Positions 39,880 through 49,522 of a stretch of DNA of 64,000 nt are shown in pieces (the stretch's first letter is position 1; each line of letters opens with the position of its first letter). This DNA comes from an uncultured Thiotrichaceae bacterium (GTDB taxonomy: Bacteria > Pseudomonadota > Gammaproteobacteria > SZUA-229), in contig CAZYYW010000001.1 in the NCBI GenBank assembly GCA_964651445.1, positions 173 to 64,172 on the forward strand, in the 5' to 3' direction. The translations under genes were made by a program, and so were the position numbers. The notes under the pieces were generated by a model, which was not told the origin of the DNA, made no database searches, and was given only the letters and a program-made list of their open reading frames with translations.

Positions 39880-41586
39880 TTACGCGCTGATTTCGCCTTG
39901 AAACACAGTACAACGATTTCGCCCAGAATGTTTGCTCTGATAAAGTGCCTGATCCGCTCTTTTGAGAACAATTTGCTTGGTATCATCGGCCGTGAACTCA
40001 GCAAGGCCGACAGAAGCGGTCACGGTTATTTGCTCACCCTGATATTTGAAATTACAGCTTAGTAATGTTTCTCTAAGTTTGTTATTAAATGCTAATGCTT
40101 TATCGATAGGAGTATCCGGCATTAATAGGACAAATTCTTCACCGCCAATTCTGGCGAACATATCTGTATTGCGTATTCTTTCCTGGATGACATTGGCGAA
40201 AAGTTTTAAAACCCGGTCGCCCACATCATGCCCATAGGTATCATTAACATTTTTAAAGTGATCTATGTCCCACATCGCGAGTGTTAGTGGTGATTGTAAG
40301 CGTTTGTAGCGACTGGCTTCGACGGCAATTCTTTCCTCATAAGCCAGCCGGTTGTATACGCCTGTTAAAGAGTCGCGTAATAATTGGCTTTTACTTATTT
40401 CAAGCTCAGTTTTTAATCTTTCTGATTCATTTTGAGTGGAGCTAAGTTCTGCAATAATTTGCGTATACCCTTGCATGGATAGTTTTTCTTTTTCCTGTGC
40501 TGCATCTTTATTATCTTCAACCTGTTTCCTAATATCCTTTAAGTGTACAGATATGTCTTTTTTAAGATCAACGATATTACTTGAAGAAGATACTTTATCC
40601 TGTATATAACCAACACTGGCATTCACTGTTTCTTCTAAATTAGTAGAGCGATTGACTGATTCTTCCTGGTTTAAGAGTGTCAATTCCATGTAGTTTTTAA
40701 TCTCAGATAACTGCTTACTAATTTTAAGAATAAACTCTTGCAAGTCCATATTTTCCAATTGAACTGAATTAACGAAATTATTGACAAGGTCAAGTAATTC
40801 AGAAAATAGATTTTTACGATATTCATTACTATCTACAGGATTAACAAGTATTTTTAAAAGTGCTATCTGTTGCGATTTCATTTTTGTAGGCAGTGCAAGT
40901 TGATTAACCATATCAGTAAGATGTGAATAGAAAGATACATTGTGCGATTGTTTATTTTCGATATTAAGGTTGTTATCGCCAGCTTTAATTGTCGTTATGT
41001 ATTTTGACAATTCAATGACAATATCCTGCATAACCTGTGTTGCGCTTTGGCTATTCCGATTATATTGAAATCCCGTGCTAGTAGTAACGTCATTAATAAA
41101 ACCATTAATAGTTTTATTAATGACGTCTTCATCAGCATGAGTGCTTTTAGTTAATGAATTATTTATGATGGTAATTATTTCCGCACCGGTCTGCTTTTCA
41201 TCGCGATCGTTGTTTACCAGTGTATCGATTATGACCTTGCAATCGTCAGAACAATCGACTTCCTTCATGCCTTGCTTAAGTGCAGAACAGATGACGGAAT
41301 TTTCTGATAAACCTTTCTGAAAGTCAGAATGATTGGTTAAAACAAATAGTTTGTCTAATTGCGAATCCAAGATTTCTAAATTAATATTTTTCTGCGTCGA
41401 TGAGGTAATGCTTTTTAGTAATAAATTGACCTCGTTATCATGATTGTTAAAGCCTGCAGCAAGCCTGATAACCGATTTTTTCAATAATTTTCTGGTGGTA
41501 TTTAATTGCGCTTGTGAAGTACTCAACAACTTGACGGATTTCTCGTAAATATTCTTGATTTCATTTTCTGGTGAATAAAGACTCAT
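39880..41586 (-). CDS. GGDEF diguanylate cyclase with a long N-terminal coiled-coil/helical domain (HsbD-like position)
   Basis: RIGGEEF active site; I-site RNTD; about 380-aa helical N-terminal region without TM segments. Confidence 0.85.
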   Translation of the reverse strand: MSLYSPENEIKNIYEKSVKLLSTSQAQLNTTRKLLKKSVIRLAAGFNNHDNEVNLLLKSITSSTQKNINLEILDSQLDKLFVLTNHSDFQKGLSENSVICSALKQGMKEVDCSDDCKVIIDTLVNNDRDEKQTGAEIITIINNSLTKSTHADEDVINKTINGFINDVTTSTGFQYNRNSQSATQVMQDIVIELSKYITTIKAGDNNLNIENKQSHNVSFYSHLTDMVNQLALPTKMKSQQIALLKILVNPVDSNEYRKNLFSELLDLVNNFVNSVQLENMDLQEFILKISKQLSEIKNYMELTLLNQEESVNRSTNLEETVNASVGYIQDKVSSSSNIVDLKKDISVHLKDIRKQVEDNKDAAQEKEKLSMQGYTQIIAELSSTQNESERLKTELEISKSQLLRDSLTGVYNRLAYEERIAVEASRYKRLQSPLTLAMWDIDHFKNVNDTYGHDVGDRVLKLFANVIQERIRNTDMFARIGGEEFVLLMPDTPIDKALAFNNKLRETLLSCNFKYQGEQITVTASVGLAEFTADDTKQIVLKRADQALYQSKHSGRNRCTVFQGEISA

Positions 41587-41588
41587 AG

Positions 41589-42497
41589 TTACCTACCATT
41601 AGGGATGGTTACACACACTTTGTTTCCGCTGCCAATATATTTTACTTCTTTAAAACTGATCAAATTTGCCAGCGCAATACCTCTACCATGACTATCGAAT
41701 GCTCTACTTGGGCTAATTTCCATATACTGGTGCCAATCAAAGCCTTCTCCTTGATCTATTATCAAAATATTAATTTTTTTGTCACTACGACTAAATTCAA
41801 TAGTCACGTGCTTGTCTCTATTTATCGGCAAGTTTATTCTACGCTTAATCTCATTGTCCCATTCACCAGCGGCATTTAATTTTGATTTCTCAGCATATCC
41901 AATCGCTAGATTTCCATGTTCAACTGCATTAACAATTAATTCAGTTAATCCAAGAATAACATTGTCTGATTCAGGGCAAGCATTTGCTAGCAAAGCGGCA
42001 AGATTTCGACCTTCACTTAATGTCTTAAAGCAAAATATTCCGTGATCCATCATTTGTAATGTTTGAGCAGATTGTTTTAGACTTTCCTGCATATCCATGT
42101 ACTGCTGGTAGTCACGGATAGCTGTCGTTGTAATAGCAATTAGTGTTTGTTGGTCGTACGGCTTGGATATGTAGTAATGCGCACCGGCTGTTAGCCCTTC
42201 TAGCATCGGTTCTTTTCCTGCTTTCGCGGTTTGCATAATAACCGGAATCTTATTTGTTTTATCATCTGATTTTATTGCTAATAGTACGTCCATTCCATTT
42301 ACGCCTGGCATCATCCAGTCCAATAGAACAGTACAAAACTTATTAGGCGATTCCTGCAAAAGCAATAAGGCTTTCTCACCCGAGCCTACACAAACAGTTT
42401 CTATATCAATTTCACTAAGATATTCTTGAATGATTTCGAGATTAAATTCTTCGTCATCAACAACTAAAACAACCGGTTTTATATCATCAATAATCAT
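41589..42497 (-). CDS. receiver domain fused to a GHKL anti-sigma-factor-type serine kinase (RsbW/SpoIIAB-like)
   Basis: Canonical REC (VLVVDDEEFN, LLDWMMPGVNG, TAKAG, SKP); N-box ELIVNAVEHGN; G1 IIDQGEGFD; G2 GRGIALA. Confidence 0.75.
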   Translation of the reverse strand: MIIDDIKPVVLVVDDEEFNLEIIQEYLSEIDIETVCVGSGEKALLLLQESPNKFCTVLLDWMMPGVNGMDVLLAIKSDDKTNKIPVIMQTAKAGKEPMLEGLTAGAHYYISKPYDQQTLIAITTTAIRDYQQYMDMQESLKQSAQTLQMMDHGIFCFKTLSEGRNLAALLANACPESDNVILGLTELIVNAVEHGNLAIGYAEKSKLNAAGEWDNEIKRRINLPINRDKHVTIEFSRSDKKINILIIDQGEGFDWHQYMEISPSRAFDSHGRGIALANLISFKEVKYIGSGNKVCVTIPNGR

Positions 42498-44162
42498 CTA
42501 TATGCCTATCTGTTTGTGACTACAAACAATAGCCTCCAGACAATTCCCTGTGTTGTTTTCGAGAGTTAGTTCGTTAAGCTTGTAAGACAAGGAATATTCC
42601 TTGTCTTTTTTGTCATTGCTTTTCTCATCTAGTAGGCAATATGCCAAATCATTAAGATTTATTTCTTTGCCGCTATCCTCCATTTGAATGAGCAGAGAAG
42701 GAAAACCATTATGGCTAACCTTCTTTATTCCAATCTTTACGTAATGCATACTATTAGAGGTGTATTTTTCATGATTTTTTGTCCACGAACGTTCTACAAT
42801 AACGTTTTCATACAGCGCAGACATGATGTTAGCTAATGTCTTAGTTGTTAAATGCAAGCCTGAAATTTTTTGTATTTCATCAATAACGATAGGAACTGGA
42901 TTTAGTTCATGCAAGCTGCGCCCTCCTAGTTCCATGTACCAACACCAGTTACTGTTATACGATATTTTTTTATATTGATGGTTGTCAACTTCTTTACTGA
43001 GCATCAAACTATTTGTACAAGGTATACAAGCAAGCGTGACATCGTCAACTGGTTTTATATCACCACAAAAATCATTAAAACAAGCAACGATTTCCGTAAA
43101 AACAGACTTATCTTCAACAGTCTCATTCAAACAACTTTCTAATCTATTTTCACCAAACATATCATTATTTTTATTAAGGGCTTCAGTCAACCCATCTGTA
43201 AACAAAATTAATTGGTCACCAGGCGTAATATTGAATGATTCCATTCTATAGTTGTTTGACAATGTATCGATAATGCCAAGTGGTAAGTGTGAGGATTTTA
43301 TTTTATGTTTAATATTTCCATTACCAATACCTCTTAAGTAAATATCAGGCATGCCACCATTCCATATAGTCACTTGCTTAACATCACTTGAAATTCTTAA
43401 TACGCTGCATGCCAGAAACATACTGGTAGGTAAAAGAGACAGGAGTTTGCTGTTTATGCTCTCAAGAATGCAGGCCAGATCAAAGCCTTTTTCGGTCATT
43501 GCGCTAAATACATCGGCTACGGGTAACGCACCAATTGCTGCTGATAATCCATGGCCAGTAAAATCGGCTAGTAAGATATTCAGGCTACCGTCAGGATGGC
43601 GGGCTATTAAAAATAGATCACCACTAAAAATTTCTTTCGAGCTACTTAAAAAATGTATTTCATCGAAGTGGATGCATCTTTGACTTATCGCGTCTGATAA
43701 TATTCTCTTTGCGAGAATCTGCTCGTTTATTGAATTATTGTAGAGAACTGTTAATTCACCGATTTTGTCTAGCGATGATATTCTTGCGTTTATGGCAGCA
43801 GAAGTAACGGGTTTAAATAAAATATCATCTGAACCAGCGGTGGCACAAATGGCTAAGCGCTTACTGTCATCTGCTGAAGCAATGATAATGATAGGAATAT
43901 ATGATTCACCAATTTTGATTCGCAAGGAGCGGACAAGATCTTCACATTTAGCGTCATCAAAATCTACATCAATCAGTATATATGATATCTCCCACTCCTG
44001 TAGATAGCGAAAAACATGCTCTGCAGTACTTGCCCGCAAAGAGATGATACCTGAATGCTCTAGTGTGGTTTTAATACAAGCATTTATTTGTTGTGAACAG
44101 CTAACCACAAGCGCATATCTACATTCTTTTGTATCTTGATCATAGATAGGTAGAACATTCAA
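42498..44162 (-). CDS. HsbR-like protein: atypical receiver, PP2C (SpoIIE/RsbU) phosphatase, C-terminal GHKL kinase-like domain
   Basis: PP2C motifs GDLFLIARHPDG...LADFTGHGLSAA and FTDGLTEA; C-terminal N-box-like ALYENVIVERS and G1-like IQMEDSGKEI; N-terminal REC lacks the acidic pair (VVSCSQQ). Confidence 0.75.
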   Translation of the reverse strand: MNVLPIYDQDTKECRYALVVSCSQQINACIKTTLEHSGIISLRASTAEHVFRYLQEWEISYILIDVDFDDAKCEDLVRSLRIKIGESYIPIIIIASADDSKRLAICATAGSDDILFKPVTSAAINARISSLDKIGELTVLYNNSINEQILAKRILSDAISQRCIHFDEIHFLSSSKEIFSGDLFLIARHPDGSLNILLADFTGHGLSAAIGALPVADVFSAMTEKGFDLACILESINSKLLSLLPTSMFLACSVLRISSDVKQVTIWNGGMPDIYLRGIGNGNIKHKIKSSHLPLGIIDTLSNNYRMESFNITPGDQLILFTDGLTEALNKNNDMFGENRLESCLNETVEDKSVFTEIVACFNDFCGDIKPVDDVTLACIPCTNSLMLSKEVDNHQYKKISYNSNWCWYMELGGRSLHELNPVPIVIDEIQKISGLHLTTKTLANIMSALYENVIVERSWTKNHEKYTSNSMHYVKIGIKKVSHNGFPSLLIQMEDSGKEINLNDLAYCLLDEKSNDKKDKEYSLSYKLNELTLENNTGNCLEAIVCSHKQIGI

Positions 44163-44518
44163 TGCCCAACCCCGACTTTATCCCTCGTTTCAGTATTGAT
44201 TCCACAAGTATAATTGATGGTAAATAACTGCTCAAAATTAGCTACTTTCAAAATGGTATCAACTTGTTTGCTGGGGCGTTCTATAAATACTGCGCCACCA
44301 TGACACTTTGCATGCTCACGCAGCAACAGCAACATGCCCAATGCAGAACTGTCCATATAATTAGTATCGCTTAAATCAACGTAGTAGGACATGCTGTCTT
44401 GGCCTGTAATTCGACGATAGCTATCCCTGAATGCTTGGGACACTTTATAATCAAATCGTCCACTTATATTGATGTGTACTTTTTTTCCGTCGCTAGACAC
44501 TTCTTGACTTACAGACAT
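44159..44518 (-). CDS. STAS-domain anti-sigma-factor antagonist (HsbA/RsbV-like)
   Basis: 119 aa; STAS fold with conserved phospho-serine region DSSALGMLLLL; 4-nt overlap with the downstream gene. Confidence 0.8.
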   Translation of the reverse strand: MSVSQEVSSDGKKVHINISGRFDYKVSQAFRDSYRRITGQDSMSYYVDLSDTNYMDSSALGMLLLLREHAKCHGGAVFIERPSKQVDTILKVANFEQLFTINYTCGINTETRDKVGVGH

Positions 44519-44751
44519 AATACAGGCTCCCAGTTTCTTTTAGAAATAACACTACTACTGAAACTATCGACCATCTGTGGATAATGTTTAGTGGTTTTTA
44601 TAAAATCCAGGTTTTTAAATCATACTGCCGGACAATGTTGCTTTCGCAATATCAACAAAGCAGCTTCATTGCGACATCCGTTAGACGACAGTGAGATAGA
44701 TAAAGCCGTGCCATACTCGGCGTATCGAACTAACTCAAAGTAAGTAGGTAG

Positions 44752-46662
44752 TCAGGAGACCAATTTCAAAGCATCCGGCTGTTGATCAATTTTATTCATT
44801 TTCATTAATAAATCAAAAAAAGCTTCAGATGGAACAGGCTTACTAAAGAAATACCCCTGTATATATTCACATTGCTCTTTTATTAGAAAATCAAGCTGGC
44901 CTTTACTCTCAACGCCTTCAGACACAACCGACATTCCAAGGCTTTTTGCCAGTGCTAAAATGGCTTTAACAAGTCTCTCATCCTGTTTTGATACCAGTAC
45001 ATTATTAATGTAGCTGCGGTCGATTTTTATTGAATCAAAGTTATAACGTTGCAAATAAGAAAGTGATGCATAACCCGTACCAAAATCATCTATTAATAAT
45101 TTAATACCCATTATTTCAAGTAAGGCCATTGTCTCAAGACTGCTTTTTGTTTCTTTCATTAAAACGCCTTCTGTCAGTTCAAGCTGTATCGCATCAGAGT
45201 TTAGATCATTTGCCTTTAACGCCCGCTTCAGGGTCTTCACCAATGACGATTCCGCCTGAAACTGGCGCGCTGAAACATTGACGGTAATACATAGGTCATG
45301 CCAACCATAATCATGCCACTGCTTTATTTGCTCACAGGCTGTCTCAATTACCCATTCACCAATGGGGACAATTAAACCCGTTTCTTCTGCAATCGGTATA
45401 AAGTAATCGGGCGTTATCATGCCAAGATTTTCGCAGTTCCACCTTAATAGTGCCTCTGCTTTTACGATAACACCCGTTTTTGAGTCTATGATTGGTTGGT
45501 AATTCACAGTAAATTCATTCTTTTTCAGCGCATGTCGTAACTGTGTTTCAACATCCATGCGCATTTTTGCTTTCACTGTCATTTCTGGTGAGTAAAAACA
45601 GTAGGTATTTTTACCATCGTGCTTTGAGCGATACATGGCAATATCAGCGTGCCGCATTAGCTTGTTAATATCATCACCATCTTTTGGGTAAATAGCAAAA
45701 CCTATACTGGGTGAGATATTCAATTCCTGACCTTCAATAACGATAGGTTTTGAAAATATATCCAGTATACGCTCGCCAATTTGTCTAATGACATTTTCAC
45801 GCAACTGTCCATTGTCTGGTTTCTTATCATCCTCCAGTATCAGTAAAAACTCATCACCGCCTAAACGTGCAACGGTATCACTTTCACGCGCACATTCAGT
45901 TAATCTGCGTGCAGCTTCCCGAAGTAATTCATCTCCCACTGCATGACCAAAGGTATCATTGACATATTTAAAATTATCCAAATCCAAAAAAGCCAAACAG
46001 GGCTGTAAATTATTTCTTTTCGCCTTTGATAATGTCTGGTTTAATCGATCTGTTGCCAAACTTCGATTAGGAAGTTCGGTCAATTCATCGTAGTTCGCCT
46101 GTTTCTGTAATTGACCTTCAGCGAGCAATCTAATTTCGATTTCTTCCTTTAGCTTTCTATTGGTTACGTTTAACTCAGCAGTGCGCTGTTTAATTTGTTT
46201 TTCAAGACTATTTTGAGCCAAGCGAAGATACTCCGCCGCTTGTTTTTGCATTAGTTGATTACTTAACCGCGCCCATAGAACGTCAAAATCAACCGGTCGG
46301 GTAATGTAATCATTGGCACCAAAATCTAGCGCTTGAACAATTTCTGTTGAGGAACCACGAGATGTAATCAGTACAATCGGTAACTGCAATTTTGAGTATG
46401 TTTTACGAAGTGTTTTTAAAACAGCAATACCATCGAGACCTGGCATAGCGACATCCAGCAATACCAAATCTGGAGGACTATTGTAAACAATATCAATCGC
46501 CTCTTCACCATCTCTAGCTTCAGTCACCTGTATATTTCCCAGCTCAAGTATTTCTCTTATGGCCGAGCGGACGTCATTGCTGTCGTCAACAATGAGTACA
46601 TTTAATATTTTCCCCGATGAGATAACTTCCTGTATTTCAGGAACATAATCTATATCACTCAT
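44752..46662 (-). CDS. response regulator with REC-GGDEF-EAL domains (c-di-GMP phosphodiesterase/cyclase)
   Basis: REC (LVLLDVAMPGLDG); GGDEF with I-site RESD; EAL motifs EALLRW and DDFGTGYASL. Confidence 0.9.
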   Translation of the reverse strand: MSDIDYVPEIQEVISSGKILNVLIVDDSNDVRSAIREILELGNIQVTEARDGEEAIDIVYNSPPDLVLLDVAMPGLDGIAVLKTLRKTYSKLQLPIVLITSRGSSTEIVQALDFGANDYITRPVDFDVLWARLSNQLMQKQAAEYLRLAQNSLEKQIKQRTAELNVTNRKLKEEIEIRLLAEGQLQKQANYDELTELPNRSLATDRLNQTLSKAKRNNLQPCLAFLDLDNFKYVNDTFGHAVGDELLREAARRLTECARESDTVARLGGDEFLLILEDDKKPDNGQLRENVIRQIGERILDIFSKPIVIEGQELNISPSIGFAIYPKDGDDINKLMRHADIAMYRSKHDGKNTYCFYSPEMTVKAKMRMDVETQLRHALKKNEFTVNYQPIIDSKTGVIVKAEALLRWNCENLGMITPDYFIPIAEETGLIVPIGEWVIETACEQIKQWHDYGWHDLCITVNVSARQFQAESSLVKTLKRALKANDLNSDAIQLELTEGVLMKETKSSLETMALLEIMGIKLLIDDFGTGYASLSYLQRYNFDSIKIDRSYINNVLVSKQDERLVKAILALAKSLGMSVVSEGVESKGQLDFLIKEQCEYIQGYFFSKPVPSEAFFDLLMKMNKIDQQPDALKLVS

Positions 46663-47118
46663 TAGCCTATCCTCTTGAGGGTCAATCTTGCAAGTTGATC
46701 AATAATCATTAATGACACGTCTTTGACACTGGTCATCCCCTCGTTTTCTGCGTAGGTGAAATCTACGAATACCATTACTATAGTTTGATACATCACTGTG
46801 GTAAGCCAGTTAAAATGCTTTTAATGCCATTTTCGACAGTGCTTTTTCAGTGATTAACACCCTATTTTAAATCGCCATGTCGTATCTATCGGCTGATATA
46901 ACAATAACTTTACCCGTACTGCTGTGGTGACAAATTACCGACTATAAAAATAAAAAATGCAAACTTCATGCCAATTTTTAAATTTAAAAAAGAAAAATAA
47001 ATGTGACACTCAATAAGGCCTAGTTGAGAGCTAAAGAACAACCTTGTAGACAAAATTTATAGAAATGTATGACTTCAGATAAATGCTTGAATAGGCATTT
47101 CAAGGCTGTGCCAGCATT

Positions 47119-49335
47119 TTAGTTCGTTTTACTGATACTGTTAATTAGTGTGTTTAATGTGTCTTCTACCGTTGAGTAATACTGTATTACCTGCGCCACT
47201 TCAGCAGCATTCATTTCATTGTGTTCACAACCACGTTCAACGCTACGGCACATATCTGCCAACTTAAACGCCCCCATATTTTCACTTGATGACTTTAAGG
47301 TGTGTGATAGCTTTCGAATCTGCTCAATATCGGATCGGCTTAACGCATCACCCAGGTCGTTCATTAAGTTTGATGTTTGCTCGATATAAATACTAATCAT
47401 GTTATAGAGCAAGTTTGAATGGTTTTTTTTCTGTCTTTGGTAATAACCAGAAATAACATCATAATCCAGCACCGACCAGTCGCATGTAATATCGTCCAGT
47501 GTTACTTCAGGCTGAACAATACTGACATTACGCTGCGGCACTAAATCCGGTGATTGCCTTGTAGCCAGCCATTTTATCAAAATCCTATTCAAATCAAGTA
47601 TGCTAAATGGCTTACTGAGAAAATCATTCATGCCACTCGCGATACATTTTTCGCGCGCACCGGAAATCGCATGTGCGGTAAGTGCGATGATCGGTACAGC
47701 GACATGCTTGGTTTCTTGCTCGTGCAAGCGAATTTGTTGTGTGGCTGTAAAACCATCCATTTGAGGCATCTCGCAATCCATAAAAATTAATATATGTTTT
47801 TCAATATTAAAAATCTCAACGGCCTGTAGTCCGTTATGAGCAATTTCCACATCCAGACCCATGGAGTTGAGCATATCAACAGCTACTTCACAATTGACTA
47901 GATTGTCCTCTACTAGCAAAATTTTCTTTCCATCTGTAATTTTGAATTGTATTGCTTCTACGTCTACGATCTCATCACTCGGTACAATAAGGTCTTGATT
48001 TTTGGCTGCGGGTATCGATATCCAAAAACAGCAACCCTCACCTTTGCGACATTCTGCCCCTATATTTCCATTCATTAGCTCGATAAGCTGCTTGCACAAA
48101 CTTAAACCGATGCCGACACCATCAATACCAAGCTCCGCAGCACTTAATCTTGAGAAAGGTTTGAAAAGCTCATCGATAGCATCACTGTTAACTCCATACC
48201 CAGTATCAATTATAGATAAACGAATGCGGTCATTTTCAACTGATTCAACTGCTATAGTAACTCGACCGCCTTTCTTGTTATATTTGACAGCATTATCCAA
48301 AAGATTAACGATAATTTGTTTTAGTCGCGTTCTATCTGCCAGCACATAAACTTCGTTATGTACAGTATCTCCCGAGAAAGTAATATTACGAGCAACCGCC
48401 AGTTCTTCGACCATGCTTATAGAATCATGAATAATTTCGTATAAGCTAGTCACCTCTAGCACTATATCCATCTCACCGGTCTCTATTCGCGATAAATCCA
48501 ACACATCATTTACAATTAACAACAAATGTTTTCCAGCATCACCTACTTTTACAGCCCGTGAACGTTGTTTGTCTGTAAGCGGCGTATGCTTATCCAAAAG
48601 TTGTAACTCTGTCAGCCCAGAAATAACATTTAATGGTGTTCGTAGCTCGTGACTCATGCGTGACAGAAACTGTGATTTAGTCATATTGGCTGCATTAGCT
48701 TTTTCTCGTTGCAGCAACAACTCATTTTCACGGTCGATGGCAACTTCCTGCAATCGCAATGTGTCATAGGTGTAATTGTAAAAAACGGTTGCCGATCGCA
48801 GTATATAGATTAGGTAAATAGTAAAGGCTATCGAAATAGCAAACGCATTTGGAAAATAGGAGAAATTGACGGCGGCTATTAGCGGTGCCAACACAAGAAT
48901 AGTAAAACTATAAGTCGGTAATTTACGATAACCCATAGTTGTGTGTGCCACGCCAGTAGTACCAAGACAGGCAATAATAAATAATAATTGGCCTTCAAAA
49001 TCCAATATGGGAAACAGCCAGAGTCCCATGCTAGCCCATAACAGACCGGTTAAAACAATACCAGCGTAGTAGATATATTCAAATTTTTTATAATCAATCG
49101 AATGGTTTTTCTTATGAGAAAAAAACAACTTACCAAAATAAAGACGAATAAGCAGCACTAGCGAAAATATATATACCCAGCCTTCAAGCGACGACCAACT
49201 CAGGGAGTAAGATAAGAAACCAAACGTTAGAAACACAACAAGGGCGGTAGCAACAACTGCAAATGCCTGATTACTGTACAGCAGATCAATCTGTTTTCTG
49301 AAAACTCGTAGCGCAACCGTAGTATCAGGTTCCAT
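47119..49335 (-). CDS. hybrid sensor histidine kinase: 6-TM sensor, HisKA, HATPase, REC, Hpt (RpfC-like architecture)
   Basis: H-box MSHELRTPLNVISG; REC (IFMDCEMPQMDG); C-terminal Hpt (KLSHTLKSSSENMGA). Confidence 0.9.
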   Translation of the reverse strand: MEPDTTVALRVFRKQIDLLYSNQAFAVVATALVVFLTFGFLSYSLSWSSLEGWVYIFSLVLLIRLYFGKLFFSHKKNHSIDYKKFEYIYYAGIVLTGLLWASMGLWLFPILDFEGQLLFIIACLGTTGVAHTTMGYRKLPTYSFTILVLAPLIAAVNFSYFPNAFAISIAFTIYLIYILRSATVFYNYTYDTLRLQEVAIDRENELLLQREKANAANMTKSQFLSRMSHELRTPLNVISGLTELQLLDKHTPLTDKQRSRAVKVGDAGKHLLLIVNDVLDLSRIETGEMDIVLEVTSLYEIIHDSISMVEELAVARNITFSGDTVHNEVYVLADRTRLKQIIVNLLDNAVKYNKKGGRVTIAVESVENDRIRLSIIDTGYGVNSDAIDELFKPFSRLSAAELGIDGVGIGLSLCKQLIELMNGNIGAECRKGEGCCFWISIPAAKNQDLIVPSDEIVDVEAIQFKITDGKKILLVEDNLVNCEVAVDMLNSMGLDVEIAHNGLQAVEIFNIEKHILIFMDCEMPQMDGFTATQQIRLHEQETKHVAVPIIALTAHAISGAREKCIASGMNDFLSKPFSILDLNRILIKWLATRQSPDLVPQRNVSIVQPEVTLDDITCDWSVLDYDVISGYYQRQKKNHSNLLYNMISIYIEQTSNLMNDLGDALSRSDIEQIRKLSHTLKSSSENMGAFKLADMCRSVERGCEHNEMNAAEVAQVIQYYSTVEDTLNTLINSISKTN

Positions 49336-49522
49336 TTTTTATCCCACACCCATATTATATTTCTGAAAATGAAACGAGCAATGTATTATATACTCAAGTA
49401 AATCATACTATAGCTGTCATCGCCACATGATTATGTTTCTTTAGTCGAAAATGCTCATTCGTAAAATAATGACAATGCTAGCCATAATGCATTGCCCATT
49501 CTAAACCTCACAGGCTTTTATT

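Noticed and set aside
47100-47125. GTGCCA hexamer suggesting a sigma54 promoter for the REC-GGDEF-EAL gene
   Set aside because: The -12 element reads TGAAA (no GC dinucleotide). The site is about 450 bp from the start codon and overlaps the upstream gene stop.
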